Shown here piece by piece: positions 16,978 to 25,295 of a stretch of DNA of 64,000 bases (positions within the stretch are counted from its first letter, which is position 1; every line of letters starts with the position of its first letter). Both the position numbers and the translations under genes were made by a program. The notes beneath the pieces were generated by a model that saw only the letters and a list, made by a program, of their open reading frames with translations, made no database searches and was not told the origin of the DNA. This DNA is from an uncultured Ruminococcus sp. (GTDB lineage: Bacteria > Bacillota > Clostridia > Oscillospirales > Acutalibacteraceae). The stretch is taken from NCBI GenBank assembly GCA_902792105.1, contig CADAYK010000001.1, forward strand, positions 4,823-68,822, given 5' to 3'.

Positions 16978-17604
16978 TCAACCCGAAATATCAATAAAGC
17001 TTTCGATAATCTGAACCGCCTGATCCGTGCTCAGCTTGGTGCTGTTTATGCACAAGTCATAATTCTCGGGCGATCCCCATTTTTGTCCTGAATAAAAACT
17101 GTAGTAATTCGCTCTGTTTTTATCCGCTTTCTGAACAGCCTGTTTGGCGCGTGAAGGGTTGATTTCGTTTCTTGCCAACGCTCTTTTAACCCTTGCGTCA
17201 ATGTCGGCATAAATAAATATTTTTACAACATTATCATATTGGCGCAAAATATAATCGGCGCACCTTCCTACCACTACAAAATTTTCTTTTTCCGCCTTTT
17301 CCTTAATGATCCTGTGCTGTAAAATATAAAGCTTGTCATTTAAAGGCAAATCGCCCATTCCGCCGGTTGAAAAACCGTTGCCGTAAGTATACAGTCCCGA
17401 CGAAAGCGAATAAAGCAAGCTGTTTGCGGCTTTTTCATCAGCCTTCGCGAATAACTCGGGTGCTACTCCGCTTTCTTTTGCCGCAATCGAAATAAGTTCC
17501 TTGTCATAAAAACCAATGCCGAGCTTTTCAGACAAAGCCTTGCCGATTTCATGACCGCCCGAACCGTATTGTCTGGTAATGGTAATAATTTTATTGCAAC
17601 TCAT
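16978..17604 (-). CDS. cytidylate kinase-like family protein
   Basis: ITITRQYGSGGHEIG, VVVGRCADYIL, YDLCINS. Confidence 0.88.
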   Translation of the reverse strand: MSCNKIITITRQYGSGGHEIGKALSEKLGIGFYDKELISIAAKESGVAPELFAKADEKAANSLLYSLSSGLYTYGNGFSTGGMGDLPLNDKLYILQHRIIKEKAEKENFVVVGRCADYILRQYDNVVKIFIYADIDARVKRALARNEINPSRAKQAVQKADKNRANYYSFYSGQKWGSPENYDLCINSTKLSTDQAVQIIESFIDISG

Positions 17605-17765
17605 AATAACACCCCGGTATAACGCGAATCAGAGTTATAATTCCTCTGTGTAATTATATAATAGCACAAATTTTTGTAAATTCCACACTTTTTTAATAAA
17701 AAAAATATTTTTGTTTAATTTTAACTAATTTAGCATTAAAAAATATTTATAATAACCAAAGAATA

Positions 17766-17840
17766 ATTTGCGAAACATTCGCAAATCTCTTGACAGCATC
17801 AGCACAAAATGATATAATCATTTGCGAAACATTCGCAAAT
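17766..17840 (+). promoter_or_regulatory. sigma-A promoter flanked by two identical palindromic Zur/Fur-type operators
   Basis: ATTTGCGAA-ACA-TTCGCAAAT at 17766-17786 and 17820-17840; TTGACA 17790-17795, 17 bp, TATAAT 17813-17818. Confidence 0.85.
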
Positions 17841-17853
17841 CGGAGGCGGAAAT

Positions 17854-18252
17854 ATGCCAAAATATATGACAAAGCAAAGAAAAGCCCTGCTTTCATTTTT
17901 ATCGGCTCACGCCGACGAAGAGCTGTCGGCGCGTCAAATAGCTCAAATGCTCGACGACGACAGCATAAGCGTAAGCGCGGTTTACCGCAATTTGTCCGCG
18001 CTTGAACAGGACGGAAAAATCCGCAGGGTAGCCAAAAGCGGCAGCCGCGAGGTGTTTTATCAGTACACAGACTGTTCATCCTGCAAGGATTGTCTGCATT
18101 TGTCGTGTGAAAAATGCGGCAAAACCTACCATATGAATATGCCCGACGCCGACCGCCTTGTTGCCGCGCTTGCTCAAAACGACGATTTTTCAATCGATAA
18201 GTCTGCAACTGTGCTCTACGGTGTTTGCAGGGAATGTAAAAAGCAGAGCTGA
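17854..18252 (+). CDS. Fur-family regulator, probably Zur
   Basis: TKQR, SAVYRNL, HLSCEKCG, YGVCREC; heads a znuACB-like operon. Confidence 0.85.
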   Translation: MPKYMTKQRKALLSFLSAHADEELSARQIAQMLDDDSISVSAVYRNLSALEQDGKIRRVAKSGSREVFYQYTDCSSCKDCLHLSCEKCGKTYHMNMPDADRLVAALAQNDDFSIDKSATVLYGVCRECKKQS

Positions 18253-18263
18253 AGGAGACTGCC

Positions 18264-19241
18264 ATGAGAAAATTTATTTCTGTTATATTAGCCGCGGTGT
18301 TAGCGCTTTGTGCGCTTGGCGGATGTTCGGGCGGCAAAGATCCGAACCCAGGCGGCAAGCTTAAAATACTCACCACGATCGCGCCGCAGTACGACTGGCT
18401 GAAAAACATCACCAAAGGCGCAAAAAATGTAGCGGTCGATATGTTGCTCAGCAACGGCATTGACCTTCACAGCTTTCAGCCCTCAACCGACGACATTTAT
18501 CAAATCACATCCTGCGATGTATTTATTTATACAGGCGGCGAGTCCGACAGTTGGGTAAACAACGCTTTGAAAAACAATAAAAAAGTCCTCGCGATAAACC
18601 TTCTTGACCTTCTCGGCGACAAGGCAAAGCAAGAAGTAGCTGTCGAGGGTATGCAGGAAGATAAGCATAAGAAGAGCAAGAAAGAAAACCAAGACGAGGC
18701 TCCCGAATACGACGAACACGTTTGGCTCTCCATTAAAAACGCTGAATTCCTGACTGAAAAACTCAGCGGCAAGCTTAGCGAAAAGGACAGCGATAACAAA
18801 GAGCTTTACGAACAAAACACAAAGGAATACATTAAAAAGCTTCAGACGCTCGACGCTGAGTTTACCGACGCGATCGGGAAAGCAAAATATAATACATTGA
18901 TATTCGCCGACCGTTTTCCGTTCCGTTATCTTACCGACGACTACAATTTGAAATACTACGCGGCGTTTTCCGGATGTTCCGCAGAAACCGAGGCGAGCTT
19001 TGAAACAGTAAAATATCTGTCGGATAAGCTCACCGAGCTAAATCTTCCGGCAATTATGACAATTGACGGTTCTGACAAAAAAATCGCCGCAACCGTTCGC
19101 GAAACCTCAGACAATAAGACAGCAGAGATCTATTCACTCAATTCAATGCAGTCAATGAGGAAAAGCAACGTCGACAGGGGCAACGATTACATAGAAGTTA
19201 TGGAATACAATCTTAATGTGCTTAAAAAAGCGCTCGGATAA
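18264..19241 (+). CDS. znuA: Zn/Mn ABC transporter substrate-binding lipoprotein (ZnuA/AdcA-like)
   Basis: lipobox LGGC, DLHSFQPS, YDEHVWLS. Confidence 0.85.
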   Translation: MRKFISVILAAVLALCALGGCSGGKDPNPGGKLKILTTIAPQYDWLKNITKGAKNVAVDMLLSNGIDLHSFQPSTDDIYQITSCDVFIYTGGESDSWVNNALKNNKKVLAINLLDLLGDKAKQEVAVEGMQEDKHKKSKKENQDEAPEYDEHVWLSIKNAEFLTEKLSGKLSEKDSDNKELYEQNTKEYIKKLQTLDAEFTDAIGKAKYNTLIFADRFPFRYLTDDYNLKYYAAFSGCSAETEASFETVKYLSDKLTELNLPAIMTIDGSDKKIAATVRETSDNKTAEIYSLNSMQSMRKSNVDRGNDYIEVMEYNLNVLKKALG

Positions 19242-19250
19242 GGAGAAACA

Positions 19251-19964
19251 ATGGCGCAGCTTACTTGTGAAAACCTTACCCTCGGTTATGAGGGCAAGGA
19301 GATTATATCGGGACTGAGTTTTTCGGTCGATAAGGGCGATTATCTTTGTATCGTCGGCGAAAACGGCTCGGGAAAATCAACCCTGATGAAAACAATACTC
19401 GGACTTCACAGCCCCATGAAGGGCAAAATAATAACAGGCGACGGCTTGCTTCAAACCGAGATCGGATATCTTCCTCAGCAAACCGTGGTTCAAAAGGACT
19501 TCCCGGCTTCCGTCCGCGAAATCGTGGTTTCGGGCTTTCAGGGAAAATGCGGAATACGCCCGTTTTACACAAAGGCGGAAAAACGCGCGGCTCTTGAAAA
19601 TATGAAGCGCATGAGCGTTGACGATCTTCAAAAGCGCTGTTACCGCGAGCTTTCGGGCGGTCAGCAGCAGCGTGTGCTGCTTGCGCGCGCGCTGTGCGCT
19701 ACCAGAAAAATGCTTCTGCTTGACGAACCCGTGGCAGGTCTTGACCCCAAGGTGACGTCGGAAATGTACAGCCTTATCTCAAAGCTCAACAAAGAGGGCA
19801 TAACAATAGTAATGATCTCGCACGATATCGAAGCCGCGCTGCGGTATTCAACCCACATTCTTCATATAGGCGGAGACGTGTTCTTCGGCACAAAGGAAGA
19901 ATTCAAGCGCGGACTTTTTATCAGCGACCGCAGTCTTTTTAACGGAGGTGAAGGCAATGGCTGA
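19251..19964 (+). CDS. znuC: metal ABC transporter ATPase
   Basis: GENGSGKST, LSGGQQQR, LLDEP, ISHD. Confidence 0.85.
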   Translation: MAQLTCENLTLGYEGKEIISGLSFSVDKGDYLCIVGENGSGKSTLMKTILGLHSPMKGKIITGDGLLQTEIGYLPQQTVVQKDFPASVREIVVSGFQGKCGIRPFYTKAEKRAALENMKRMSVDDLQKRCYRELSGGQQQRVLLARALCATRKMLLLDEPVAGLDPKVTSEMYSLISKLNKEGITIVMISHDIEAALRYSTHILHIGGDVFFGTKEEFKRGLFISDRSLFNGGEGNG

Positions 19965-20814
19965 AATCTTTGAAAAGCTTGTCTATTACTTCCAAAATGT
20001 TCCCACGGTTCGCTACGCCTTTATTGTCGGGATCTTTATCGCTCTCAGCGCTTCGCTTTTAGGTGTAACGCTGGTGCTCAAAAGGTTTTCGTTTATCGGC
20101 GACGGACTTTCGCACGTTGCGTTTGGCGCAATGGCGGTCGCGGCGGTCGTAGGAGTAACCGACAATATGCTCATAGTAATGCCTGTTACGGTAATCAGCG
20201 CGGTGCTTTTGCTCGCCACAGGCAAAAACGCCAAAATCCGCGGCGACGCCTCGGTTGCCATGATTTCGGTGGGAGCTCTCGCGATCGGTTACCTGCTCAT
20301 GAACAAATTCCCGACCACAAACAATGTTTCGGGCGACGTTTGCTCAACGCTGTTCGGCTCAACCTCGATCCTCAGCCTTACGCCTGCCGACGTTTGGCTG
20401 ACCGTGTCGATCTCGATTGCCGTTGTTATCGCTTTCATTCTTTTCTATAATAAGATCTTCGCCGTGACCTTCGACGAAAACTTCGCGAGGGCAACCGGAA
20501 CAAAGGCAGGACTGTACAATCTCATCGTCGCCGTGATCATTGCGGTAATAATCGTTTTGGCAATGAATGTTGTCGGCTCGCTGCTGATCTCCGCGCTCAT
20601 AATTTTCCCGGCGCTTTCGGCAATGCGCGTATTCAAAAGCTTCAAATCGGTAACGATCTGTTCGGCGTGCCTGTCTGTATTTTGTGCGTCAACGGGAATC
20701 ATAATATCAATTATCGACGGAACACCCGTAGGCTCAACGATAGTAGCGGTAGACATAGCCGCGTTCTTTGTGTTCTGGATCATCGGCATGGTAAAAGGAG
20801 GAGCAAGAAAATGA
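19957..20814 (+). CDS. znuB: metal ABC transporter permease
   Basis: FIGDGLSHVAFG, VVGSLLISALIIFP. Confidence 0.87.
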   Translation: MAEIFEKLVYYFQNVPTVRYAFIVGIFIALSASLLGVTLVLKRFSFIGDGLSHVAFGAMAVAAVVGVTDNMLIVMPVTVISAVLLLATGKNAKIRGDASVAMISVGALAIGYLLMNKFPTTNNVSGDVCSTLFGSTSILSLTPADVWLTVSISIAVVIAFILFYNKIFAVTFDENFARATGTKAGLYNLIVAVIIAVIIVLAMNVVGSLLISALIIFPALSAMRVFKSFKSVTICSACLSVFCASTGIIISIIDGTPVGSTIVAVDIAAFFVFWIIGMVKGGARK

Positions 20815-21392
20815 AAAAGTTGATTGCGATCGCACTTTGTGCCGTAACAGCCGCTCTTGCGGCAGGCTGTTCAAACTCAAACACCGCCGCCGATAAAGCG
20901 GCAGGTTCATCAAAAACAAAAACCGTCAGCGACGTTTTGTCCGAGGCTCAAACCTCCGCGCCCGACACAACCGGCAACGGTGCGCCTATCCCTACTCAGG
21001 TTGACCCGTCAAAGCTCGTTTATCCCGACCTTGACTACACAGCCGAGCTTGACCTGACAAAAATGAGCAGTACCATGGTTTACGCCGAGGTCAGCAACAT
21101 GATAAAAACGCCGAAGGATTATATGGATAAAACCGTAAAGATGAACGGAACCTTTGACGTTTTCGTTGATCCCAAAACCGATACCTACTACTATTCCTGC
21201 ATTGTTCAGGACGCGACAGCCTGCTGCTCAAGCGGAATAGAGTTCAGCCCCAAGGCAGACATGAAGTTCCCCGACGACTTTCCGGCGGTTGGAACCCCGA
21301 TAACCGTCGGAGGAGTTTTTGAGACCTACAAGGACGGCAAAACTACTTACCTCAGGCTAAAGGACGCCGAAATCGCAATAGGAAAAACTTGA
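20811..21392 (+). CDS. lipoprotein with DATACC motif, last gene of the Zn-uptake operon
   Basis: lipobox LAAGC, ATG 20811 overlaps the znuB stop, CIVQDATACCSSGIEF. Confidence 0.8.
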   Translation: MKKLIAIALCAVTAALAAGCSNSNTAADKAAGSSKTKTVSDVLSEAQTSAPDTTGNGAPIPTQVDPSKLVYPDLDYTAELDLTKMSSTMVYAEVSNMIKTPKDYMDKTVKMNGTFDVFVDPKTDTYYYSCIVQDATACCSSGIEFSPKADMKFPDDFPAVGTPITVGGVFETYKDGKTTYLRLKDAEIAIGKT

Positions 21393-21414
21393 CAACTTTT
21401 AATATAATATAATT

Positions 21415-21500
21415 ACTGCCACCGGGTAGAAGAATGTAAAAATAACATTCGCGGGCGCATCGTTAGGTCTTTGAAGATGTGCCGCGAATGTTTTTGTTTT
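21415..21500 (+). promoter_or_regulatory. attenuator/riboswitch-like leader upstream of the pnuC-like gene
   Basis: terminator 21444-21500 (17 bp, one bulge, T tract); mutually exclusive hairpin GAATGT 21432-21437 / ACATTC 21445-21450; 5' hairpin CTGCC-ACCG-GGTAG. Confidence 0.6.
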
Positions 21501-21512
21501 ATGGGAGACGTT

Positions 21513-22202
21513 ATGAAAAAACTTACAGGATACTTTACAAGGTTTGAGCTTGCGCTTTGGTTTTCATCAATGGCGGCAATAATCGCGGCGTACCTTATCT
21601 TCGGCAGCGGCAATTATTTTACGCTGACAGCCTCGCTTGTCGGTACCGGAATGCTGATTTTTAATGCCAAGGGTAACCCGGCAGGTCAGGTTTTGGCTAT
21701 TATTTTCTCAGTTATGTATGCCGTGGTATCCTACACCTACGCCTACTACGGCGAAATGATAACCTACCTCGGCATGACCGCGCCCATGGCAGCGCTCTCG
21801 CTGGTAAGCTGGCTGCGCAATCCCTTTAAAGGCAAAAAAAGCGAGGTCACCGTCAACAAACTCGGCAAAAAGGAAATCGCGCTAATGCTCGTGCTTGCCG
21901 CGGCTGTTACGATTGTGTTCTACTTTATTATGAGAGCGCTTTCAACCGCTAATCTCGAAATCAGCACCGCTTCAATCACAACCAGCTTTGCCGCGGCATA
22001 TCTCACCGCAAGGCGCAGTCCTTACTTCGGGCTTGCCTATGCCGCAAATGATGTTGTGCTGATAGTAATGTGGATTATGGCAACCCATGAAAACCCGTCT
22101 TATTTTTCTGTGATTATCTGCTTTATCGTCTTTCTGTTTAACGATATATACGGCTTTGTGAACTGGAAAAGAATGAGAAAAAAACAAAGCGATTGCATTT
22201 AA
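21513..22202 (+). CDS. pnuC: PnuC-family nucleoside/vitamin transporter
   Basis: LIFNAKGNPAGQ, YYGEMITY, ARRSPY, YAANDVV, DIYGFVNW. ATG 21513 follows GGGAG. Substrate uncertain. Confidence 0.8.
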   Translation: MKKLTGYFTRFELALWFSSMAAIIAAYLIFGSGNYFTLTASLVGTGMLIFNAKGNPAGQVLAIIFSVMYAVVSYTYAYYGEMITYLGMTAPMAALSLVSWLRNPFKGKKSEVTVNKLGKKEIALMLVLAAAVTIVFYFIMRALSTANLEISTASITTSFAAAYLTARRSPYFGLAYAANDVVLIVMWIMATHENPSYFSVIICFIVFLFNDIYGFVNWKRMRKKQSDCI

Positions 22203-22254
22203 AGCGTTTTTATAGTAAAATAAAAAACGGCACGGACAAACCGTACCGTAAAGC

Positions 22255-22461
22255 TTAAAGCTTAAAATCTTCCGCGGTGTATGTACCCTTAAGTGTAATT
22301 GTTCTGGGCACACGCATAAGCGGATCATAATCAAAGGATCTGCACCTGCCGTCAACTAACTTCTTCGACTTTTTGCAGACGAAAATGCCGTTTTCAAAAA
22401 CCGAGTTACCGCAGTAGCTGCAATCGGGACTTATATTTTTGCCGAAAAGCTTATTTTTCAT
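22255..22461 (-). CDS. small Cys-rich hypothetical protein (68 aa)
   Basis: RBS GAGGTG, CSYC...C...C and YDPLMRVP motif. Confidence 0.7.
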   Translation of the reverse strand: MKNKLFGKNISPDCSYCGNSVFENGIFVCKKSKKLVDGRCRSFDYDPLMRVPRTITLKGTYTAEDFKL

Positions 22462-22530
22462 AAAATCACCTCGTACAATAACAGTGTACCACAAACCTTC
22501 TCGGGTTACAAGTAAAATTTGGAGGATAAA

Positions 22531-23361
22531 ATGCAGTTTTCATCAAGCACAATGAAGCTTAACAACATTGATACCACGCCGTACCTCACTTATAATTCTT
22601 TGTCGGAAATAAAATTCATAAATCACGCGTTCTCAACGCGTCTCGGCGGGGCTTCAAAGGGCATATTCAGCTCAAACAACCTCGCCTTTAACCGCGGAGA
22701 CGATCCCGAAGCCGTAACCGAAAACTACAAAAGAATCTGCCGCAGCGCGGGCTTTGATTTTGACAGCCTCACAGCCTCCGCTCAGGATCACCACACCTTT
22801 GTAAGAGCCGTGACCAAGGCGGACAGGGGAGTGGGCATATATAAGCCGCGCGATCTTCAAAGCGTTGACGCGCTTGTAACAAACGAAACCGGAGTAACCC
22901 TTGTGACATACTACGCCGACTGCACTCCGCTGTTTTTTGTCGATGTAAAAAACAAGGCTGTCGGACTTGCCCACGCAGGCTGGCGCGGCACAGCCGGAAG
23001 AATAGGCGGGAAGGTGATCGAAACAATGACCTCGCTCTACGGCACAAATCCTGCCGATATTGTCGCGGCGATCGGCCCCGCGATCTCCGTATGCTGTTAC
23101 GAGGTCGACGCTCCCTGCGCCGAAAACTTCCTCGGCATGACCGACCTCGACGCATCAAAATTTGTTTTTCCCAAGGAAAATGAAAAGTACATGCTTGATC
23201 TTCTCGAGTGTAACCGCCAAATCCTTGTAAAAGCAGGAGTAAAGCCCGAAAATATCACAATTTCCGACCTTTGTACCAACTGCAACAGCGAGCTTTTGTG
23301 GAGCCACCGCGCCACAAAGGGCGAAAGGGGAACGATGTGCGCCTTTATGTGTATCAGGTAA
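22531..23361 (+). CDS. pgeF: PgeF/YfiH/YlmD laccase-domain protein
   Basis: HAFSTRLGG, ADCTP, HAGWRG, GPAISVCCYEV, WSHR. Confidence 0.92.
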   Translation: MQFSSSTMKLNNIDTTPYLTYNSLSEIKFINHAFSTRLGGASKGIFSSNNLAFNRGDDPEAVTENYKRICRSAGFDFDSLTASAQDHHTFVRAVTKADRGVGIYKPRDLQSVDALVTNETGVTLVTYYADCTPLFFVDVKNKAVGLAHAGWRGTAGRIGGKVIETMTSLYGTNPADIVAAIGPAISVCCYEVDAPCAENFLGMTDLDASKFVFPKENEKYMLDLLECNRQILVKAGVKPENITISDLCTNCNSELLWSHRATKGERGTMCAFMCIR

Positions 23362-23368
23362 TAGGGCG

Positions 23369-23923
23369 TTAATCTTTATTTGATTCGGGGATTTGACCGT
23401 CTGAGTATTTCGCGTCAAGCTCACGGTACATATAGTTTTTCCATTTTGAAAAGCTTGGCTTACCTTTTGATGTTGTGCAGCCGCACCTGATCAAATAATC
23501 GTCCCAGCCGAGAAAGCCGTTTGCTCTGAGTACTTTTTCGGTTTCATCTTTGTCCAAAAGCCAGTAGTAACCTAAAATAATAGTGCTGTCGCCCTTTGAA
23601 AGGTAGTCGTCGTAAACCTCGTTGATCTTCTTATAATGTTCGACAGGATATCTTGTCGTAACACTCATGTCATGGTTCTCCATTTGTTTTTTGGCTTCAT
23701 CGATAATAAAGGAATATTTTGCCTGATACTCCAAGTCTTTTTCCTTAATGTCATTGGAAATGTTGTATAAAACAACTAACGAAAGCACTGTGCTGCCCAA
23801 GATAAAAAGCATGCACACCGCTCCTGTAAGTATCGCTATCAAAGCAGGGTGCTTTGTCCGCTTAACGGGAAGTCCCTGCGGATTGTTCGGCGTAACATAT
23901 CCTTTGTTTTCCTCTTGCTTCAT
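23369..23923 (-). CDS. hypothetical single-pass membrane protein
   Basis: 184-aa ORF, one hydrophobic segment, directly after the pseudouridine synthase gene. Confidence 0.7.
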   Translation of the reverse strand: MKQEENKGYVTPNNPQGLPVKRTKHPALIAILTGAVCMLFILGSTVLSLVVLYNISNDIKEKDLEYQAKYSFIIDEAKKQMENHDMSVTTRYPVEHYKKINEVYDDYLSKGDSTIILGYYWLLDKDETEKVLRANGFLGWDDYLIRCGCTTSKGKPSFSKWKNYMYRELDAKYSDGQIPESNKD

Positions 23924-23925
23924 AA

Positions 23926-24879
23926 TTAAGACTCCTTAAAATTTTTAAACCAAACATTTTTAACGCGGAATTCTCTGCCGTTGAGGTAATCGAGGATACC
24001 TGCGCTTTGGGTAAAATTGAACACCAGCTTATAGCTGTACAGCGCCTGATAGCGAAAGCCGTCGGGCGATTTTTTGTTTTTGCCGTATTTTGTGTCGCCG
24101 ACCAGCGGATGACCGATCGACGCCATGTGAGCCCTGATCTGGTGCGTCCTGCCCGTCAAAAGCTCCACCTCAACAAGGCTGAAGCTGCCGCCTGCTTTCA
24201 GCACCCTGTACTTTGTTTTGATTTCCTTTGAGCCTTCAACCGGCTTGCCGTGAACCTTTACCGTATTTTTGCTCTCGTTTTTTGTGATATAGCCTGTTAA
24301 AACATCCTCGCTTTTATCGGGCTTGCCGTGAACAAGGCAAAGGTAATACTTTTCAAGCTCGCGGCTTTTCATCTTAGCGTTAAGTATCCTCAGACTCTCG
24401 GCGTTTTTTGCCGCAATTACGATTCCGCCGGTGTTGCGGTCAATGCGGTTTACAAGCGCCGGAGTAAAAGCCTTGTCGCGTTCGGGATCGTATTCACCCT
24501 TGTCGTATAAATAGTGCAAAACCCTGCTCACAAGCGAGTCAAAATGATACTGCCTGTCCGGGTGAACGATAACGCCGGGCTTTTTGTCGATCAGCAAAAG
24601 GTTTTCGTCCTCATACACTATCTCAAGCTTTTTCGGCGCCTTCAAAAAGTCGTAGTGCTTTTCCTCAGCCGCCTCAAAAAACTCATCCTTGATGTAAAAG
24701 GTCAGCACGTCGCCTTCGCCCAGCACAGTGTCGGCGTCACATTTTTTGCCGTTGACCTTGACGCATTTTTTGCGTATATATTTGTACATCAGCGACTTCG
24801 GCATGGTTTTGAACCGTTTCTGCAAAAATTTGTCAAGCCGCTGGTTACAGTCGTTTTTTTGAATTGTAAGAGTTCTCAT
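23926..24879 (-). CDS. RluA/RluC/RluD-family pseudouridine synthase with S4 domain
   Basis: QRLDKFL, NRIDRNTGG, TGRTHQIRAH, GHPLVGD. Confidence 0.92.
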   Translation of the reverse strand: MRTLTIQKNDCNQRLDKFLQKRFKTMPKSLMYKYIRKKCVKVNGKKCDADTVLGEGDVLTFYIKDEFFEAAEEKHYDFLKAPKKLEIVYEDENLLLIDKKPGVIVHPDRQYHFDSLVSRVLHYLYDKGEYDPERDKAFTPALVNRIDRNTGGIVIAAKNAESLRILNAKMKSRELEKYYLCLVHGKPDKSEDVLTGYITKNESKNTVKVHGKPVEGSKEIKTKYRVLKAGGSFSLVEVELLTGRTHQIRAHMASIGHPLVGDTKYGKNKKSPDGFRYQALYSYKLVFNFTQSAGILDYLNGREFRVKNVWFKNFKES

Positions 24880-24929
24880 CACAGCACCTCACATATCCTT
24901 ATAGTATATCAGAAAACAAAAAATTGCAA

Positions 24930-24957
24930 GCACATTTTTTTCGCCGTGCAATATTAT
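24930..24957 (+). promoter_or_regulatory. mother-cell (sigma-K/E-like) promoter of the spoVM operon
   Basis: GCACA, 15 bp, AATATTAT. Confidence 0.45.
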
Positions 24958-24973
24958 GGTAGAGGGTGATACA

Positions 24974-25117
24974 GTGAGATGCTACAAACATAAGGTGAAA
25001 TCGGCAGTTTGTTTCGGGCTGGGACTGTTGACCGCAACGGTGCTTCCCGCAAAGTGGGTGCTGATTGCAGCAGCCGCTGCACTCGTAATTGTAAGCTTAA
25101 CTTGTATACGGAGGTAA
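24974..25117 (+). CDS. 47-aa membrane microprotein upstream of spoVM
   Basis: GTG after GAGGGTG; MRCYKHKVKSAVCFGLGLLTATVLPAKWVLIAAAAALVIVSLTCIRR; its 3' end carries the RBS of spoVM. Confidence 0.7.
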   Translation: MRCYKHKVKSAVCFGLGLLTATVLPAKWVLIAAAAALVIVSLTCIRR

Positions 25118-25121
25118 TTTT

Positions 25122-25211
25122 ATGAAGGTCGTACTTATCGAAAATCCGAAAATCATATCGTCAATTTTACGTAAAATTTACGGCATAAAAAAATCCAAGC
25201 AGGATATTTAA
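25122..25211 (+). CDS. spoVM: stage V sporulation protein SpoVM
   Basis: MKVVLIENPKIISSILRKIYGIKKSKQDI: Pro9 plus amphipathic helix like SpoVM; RBS GGAGGT. Confidence 0.8.
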   Translation: MKVVLIENPKIISSILRKIYGIKKSKQDI

Positions 25212-25250
25212 TACAAAGCCATTGGGCATAATAACCAACGCGAAAACAGT

Positions 25251-25292
25251 TAAGATGTGCATAGTGACAAAAACTCTGCACATCTTATTTTT
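25251..25292 (+). terminator. terminator after spoVM
   Basis: AAGATGTGCA...TGCACATCTT followed by ATTTTT. Confidence 0.75.
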
Positions 25293-25295
25293 GTA

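Noticed and set aside
17747-18460. 237-aa minus-strand ORF with an internal RFANVSQ repeat
   Set aside because: Antisense shadow of zur/znuA; the peptide repeat is just the two operators translated.
21389-21413. TTGACA/TATAAT promoter for pnuC
   Set aside because: The hexamers are 8 or 13 bp apart, not 16-18, so I did not call a promoter.
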